A stretch of 64,000 nt of DNA from Eledone cirrhosa (lineage: Eukaryota): the NCBI GenBank assembly GCA_964016885.1, contig OZ024757.1:34348001-34412000 (forward strand), in the 5' to 3' direction. Below the pieces are notes generated by a model. It was given only the letters and a program-made list of their open reading frames with translations. It was not told the DNA's origin and did no database searches. This document shows, in pieces, positions 60,278-64,000 of this stretch; the first letter of the stretch is position 1; each line of letters opens with the position of its first letter. Made by a program: the position numbers and the translations under genes.

Positions 60278-62047
60278 CTCTATGTACAGAGGAATAGTAA
60301 TTTTAGTTTCTACAGATGTATACCCAACACCCCGATTGCCAAATTGTGCACACCGACATGTGTATGTAATGTTTATAACTGCATGATTCCTACAATACAT
60401 TAGGCTTGCATCAAGATAGCATTTAAACGAACCGTATCCAGCCAGAATTCTCTCACCTCATCCTATTCAAACTGGCTGTTACCGGCTGCTCATACTGATG
60501 TTAAGGTAGGGTTCTCAAATAAATATCAAAATCTCATAGATTCGATATTATGTGAGATGAAACCTTTACCATGAAAATATAATAGTAAATATAGAGTAAT
60601 GTAAATGCTAAAGGGTTAAAAGATTTTTATTTTTTAGATGAAATATCTTCCTTGCATGTATGCGTGCATGCCTACATACAATATGCACTGTACATATTCA
60701 CACATAGCTGCACATGCAACAATGTAGGATAGCTTTTCTAATCTCACTTTTCTTTTCTCATAGATGCATGTGTACCTCTTGCATAAACCTCATGAGGTAT
60801 ACAGATCACACACTTATAAATACAGGCGTTCACACATCTTCCTATATACCTATTATACAAACAGCCCACACTCTGTCATCCCCTCGCTGTGTAGCTTCAG
60901 ACACACTTCGATATATGCGCATAGCTAACTGAACACACACACATAGATTTTCCCCTCTCATCCCCAAAATATATTTTCCCTTTCTTCCTCTTCTCTCTCT
61001 TTCTATTTCTTTTATTTCTCATTCTATCTTCTACTGAAGCTGTATGTATAACAGGCATACAAAGGTTACATATGTTGTAGGACATAAATGTACCATATTT
61101 CCCAGCATTGAAGAAGTTACTTTTTTCCTAGAATAAGTTGCAAAAATCTACGATGGGTCCTTGGTTGTCAAAATTATGGTGTGTCCAGAGGAAGAAGCAT
61201 CTTCAGTGCTGGGAGACACTTTACATACTGTCAAACTTCTGAGAAAGCTGCATAAAGGTGAAGACATTCACTTCCTCTCTTCCTCACATTCAGCCCAAAA
61301 TTAATTTTTGACTCACCATAAATAATATGCAAGGGCTCCAAGGAAATTTTCAGCCAGAGATCCCATGCAAGCTTAATCTGCCCCCTTGCTCATATCCCTT
61401 TTGTTTTTCTTATAAAATAAACCCCAATGTGTATTCAGGCCTAATGTATTATAGGAATAATGAATTGTGATCATACACATGTGACTATATGGGCCCCAAA
61501 AATGTCAAGGGCATAAATTAAAGGCACAGAAAAAATTGAGGGTACACAAAAAGGCTAGGGCACACAAAAAAGGCACAAAGTTGAGGGTACTCAAAAAGAC
61601 TAGGGCACAAATGTTGAGCCCACAAAAATTCATCAAAAAATTAAAGGCACATGAAACCTCAAAGGCCCACAAAAATTTATGAAAAAATCAAAGGCACATT
61701 AAAAGTCGAACAGCTGCAAAAGTTCATGAAAATGTTGAGGGCACACGAAAAGTCAAGGGCCCAATTGGTGTGTTGTACATATATAACTGCAGTGACTAAC
61801 CATTCCTGAAGCATAATTACACTGCCTTATAGATCCTTCTTAATTTAGTGTAAGGCTTGGTTTGTGTTGAATAAATTCACTGGTATTTGATGATTGTGAC
61901 TTGTATTAAAATAAATACATGTTTATATGAAAATCAGTCTGCCCACATACACAACATAGTCTATTGGTATTCATTTCTTGTATATATAAATATAGTATAT
62001 ACCACAAATATATATACACACATATATATACATACACACAGACATTT

Positions 62048-62086
<39 letters not shown>

Positions 62087-64000
62087 TCAACTTATATATA
62101 TATATATATACACACACACATAGACATACATACATTATGTGTTACTAGAATCAACTATATCTTCATAAGTTTCCTACATTGTAAACATTTCAAACCATGA
62201 GTTGAGAATAAATATAGAAATAGTCATTTAAGTTTTCAGTTGAATTTAAATTATCACTGAATTCTCACATAAAGATCCATACCAGTAATTTACTGAAGAA
62301 AATGGATATATTTCTAATGCTAATGTTTTACCAGATAGCTACAATTGTGAGAGGAAATTGGATATTAGATCTGGATTCAGTGGCAGATTGTCCCATCCAT
62401 GAGTGCGCCTGTAGGCTTTCATGTATTTTTTGCTCACCTCCACCCAACCCCTTTAACCATTGGAGCCCCTGGACATAGGTAACAGTACCTCAGCAGAAAA
62501 AAAAAAAATACATGGGCTTCTTAATCACTACAGGGTATTTAGTCTCTGGGAGAGCATGTAGGCTTCAACCTTGTGAGCCTTATATATAATACAGCCCTGG
62601 GTCATTTACTATACTTTCTTATCCTTTCAGGGCCTCTAGACACCAATCCAGTCAACCCTATTTATAATACTGCTCTGGGTGCTTACTGCAGTTCCTAGTT
62701 GCTGTAGGGGTGTCTATGTCTCAACACAGTCAGCCTTATTTACAATACAGCCCTGGGTACTTAGTGTACATCAATCCTGTTTGGGTCACTGGAAATTACA
62801 ATTTTTTTTTTTAAATAGAGCTGATAAATTTTGTTTAGGTTTTACCTGTTTCAGGGAATTGTCCCCAATCAAATGAAGTCAAGAGTTCAGGAGTATAAAT
62901 ACTAAAAACAAAAATATTTCCTGAGATTTGAGAATAAGAAGTCAAATTCACACTGTTTGAAATTCAATAGGATAATTAATAATTAAACATTTCTCATTCT
63001 CTTCAAAGCAAATTCAATCACAAACTGAACAAATCTATTGGCACAGAGCTGGCCTTAGGAGGTGTAGGGTCCAATTGGCTGTTAATATATATATAATAAT
63101 TATAAAATAAATTAACTAATACCTTAACACTTCACACAAAGTAAAATATTTTGTTTTAAACATTTTCTAATCCAGAAAAAAAATTTTTTTTTCTTCCTAA
63201 TAATCGTCTTTTTCTCCCTATTTTCATATATATATATGTATTATCTGAGTATTAGTTATCATCTTCATGTAGCATGTCTGGGGCAACTGACGAATGGCAG
63301 AGCCCATTCCTCTCCATGCCCGAATATATATATATAGGAAAAGAGACAGGACCCCAACGGCCGGAGCTCAGCCGTCGGGGTCCTGACTCTTTTCCTATTA
63401 CCCACTCTACTACCCTAAGTATTGAGTAGTCTGGTGTGTTATGGTCCACCTGGTGTCTTACCCTCTTTGTTACACACACATATATATATATAGAGAGAGA
63501 GCATTGTGTTGTGTTAATAGTACTTGACAATGACAAGCTAGGTGTAAATTTCTCTAGTATGGAGCATCCTTAGGCACAGGACCCAAATGGAGACGATATA
63601 TATATATATAATACAAGGGGCCCTGATTGGGTGTTATATATATATATTATAATGTGTTGTTAGGGGTATTTGATGAACCAAGAGCAGATTACTCTAGCGA
63701 GGAACTCTCCACTTCTTTAGACATGGAGCCTAATTGGTTGTTATATATATATATAACAATGTTTTTTAGGGTTATATCATGGGTTGAGAGCAGATTACTC
63801 TAGCGTGGAATCCCTTTATGCATGGGACCCAATTAGGAGTAATTAGTCCAATTAACTTAAGTCCAACTCTGTACTGACGGGACTGAAAGCTTAAACCCTT
63901 CCAATATCCCAAGTTTCACTTTACATACCACTCAGTCAGGGTATTTTGTCATGATAGGTGGAGAGAAAAACAGGGGGTTGTTATATATTTTCAAACAATT

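Overview
AT-rich, microsatellite- and SINE-dense eukaryotic DNA, most likely from a coleoid cephalopod (Octopus-like; inferred from the [17 protein letters not shown] zinc-finger linkers and the repeat landscape). Three genic loci were reconstructed by hand from GT-AG sites and reading-frame phase. (1) A frameshifted C2H2 zinc-finger array of about 13 fingers (+, ~210-1370, probable pseudogene). (2) A 14-coding-exon chitin synthase (-, 18070..2191, ~1543 aa) with no myosin motor domain and a Thr/Asn-rich tail. (3) A 12-coding-exon MCRS1/MSP58 FHA-domain gene (+, 33152..49853, ~436 aa) with a probable non-coding first exon near 22.7 kb, divergent from the chitin synthase. Introns and intergenic DNA hold tRNA-derived SINEs, two TTAA/CCCT piggyBac-type MITE families, TA-targeting Tc1/pogo-type MITEs, a Helitron 3' end, LINE fragments (RTE, CR1, CRE-like) and many minisatellites. 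The most notable unexplained signals are several type-I hammerhead-ribozyme-like motifs and palindromes of Penelope/retrozyme type, long intronic hairpins, transposon-to-satellite conversions, and a 3.7-kb graded series of related minisatellites downstream of MCRS1. No database searches were run; all family names come from recognised motifs.
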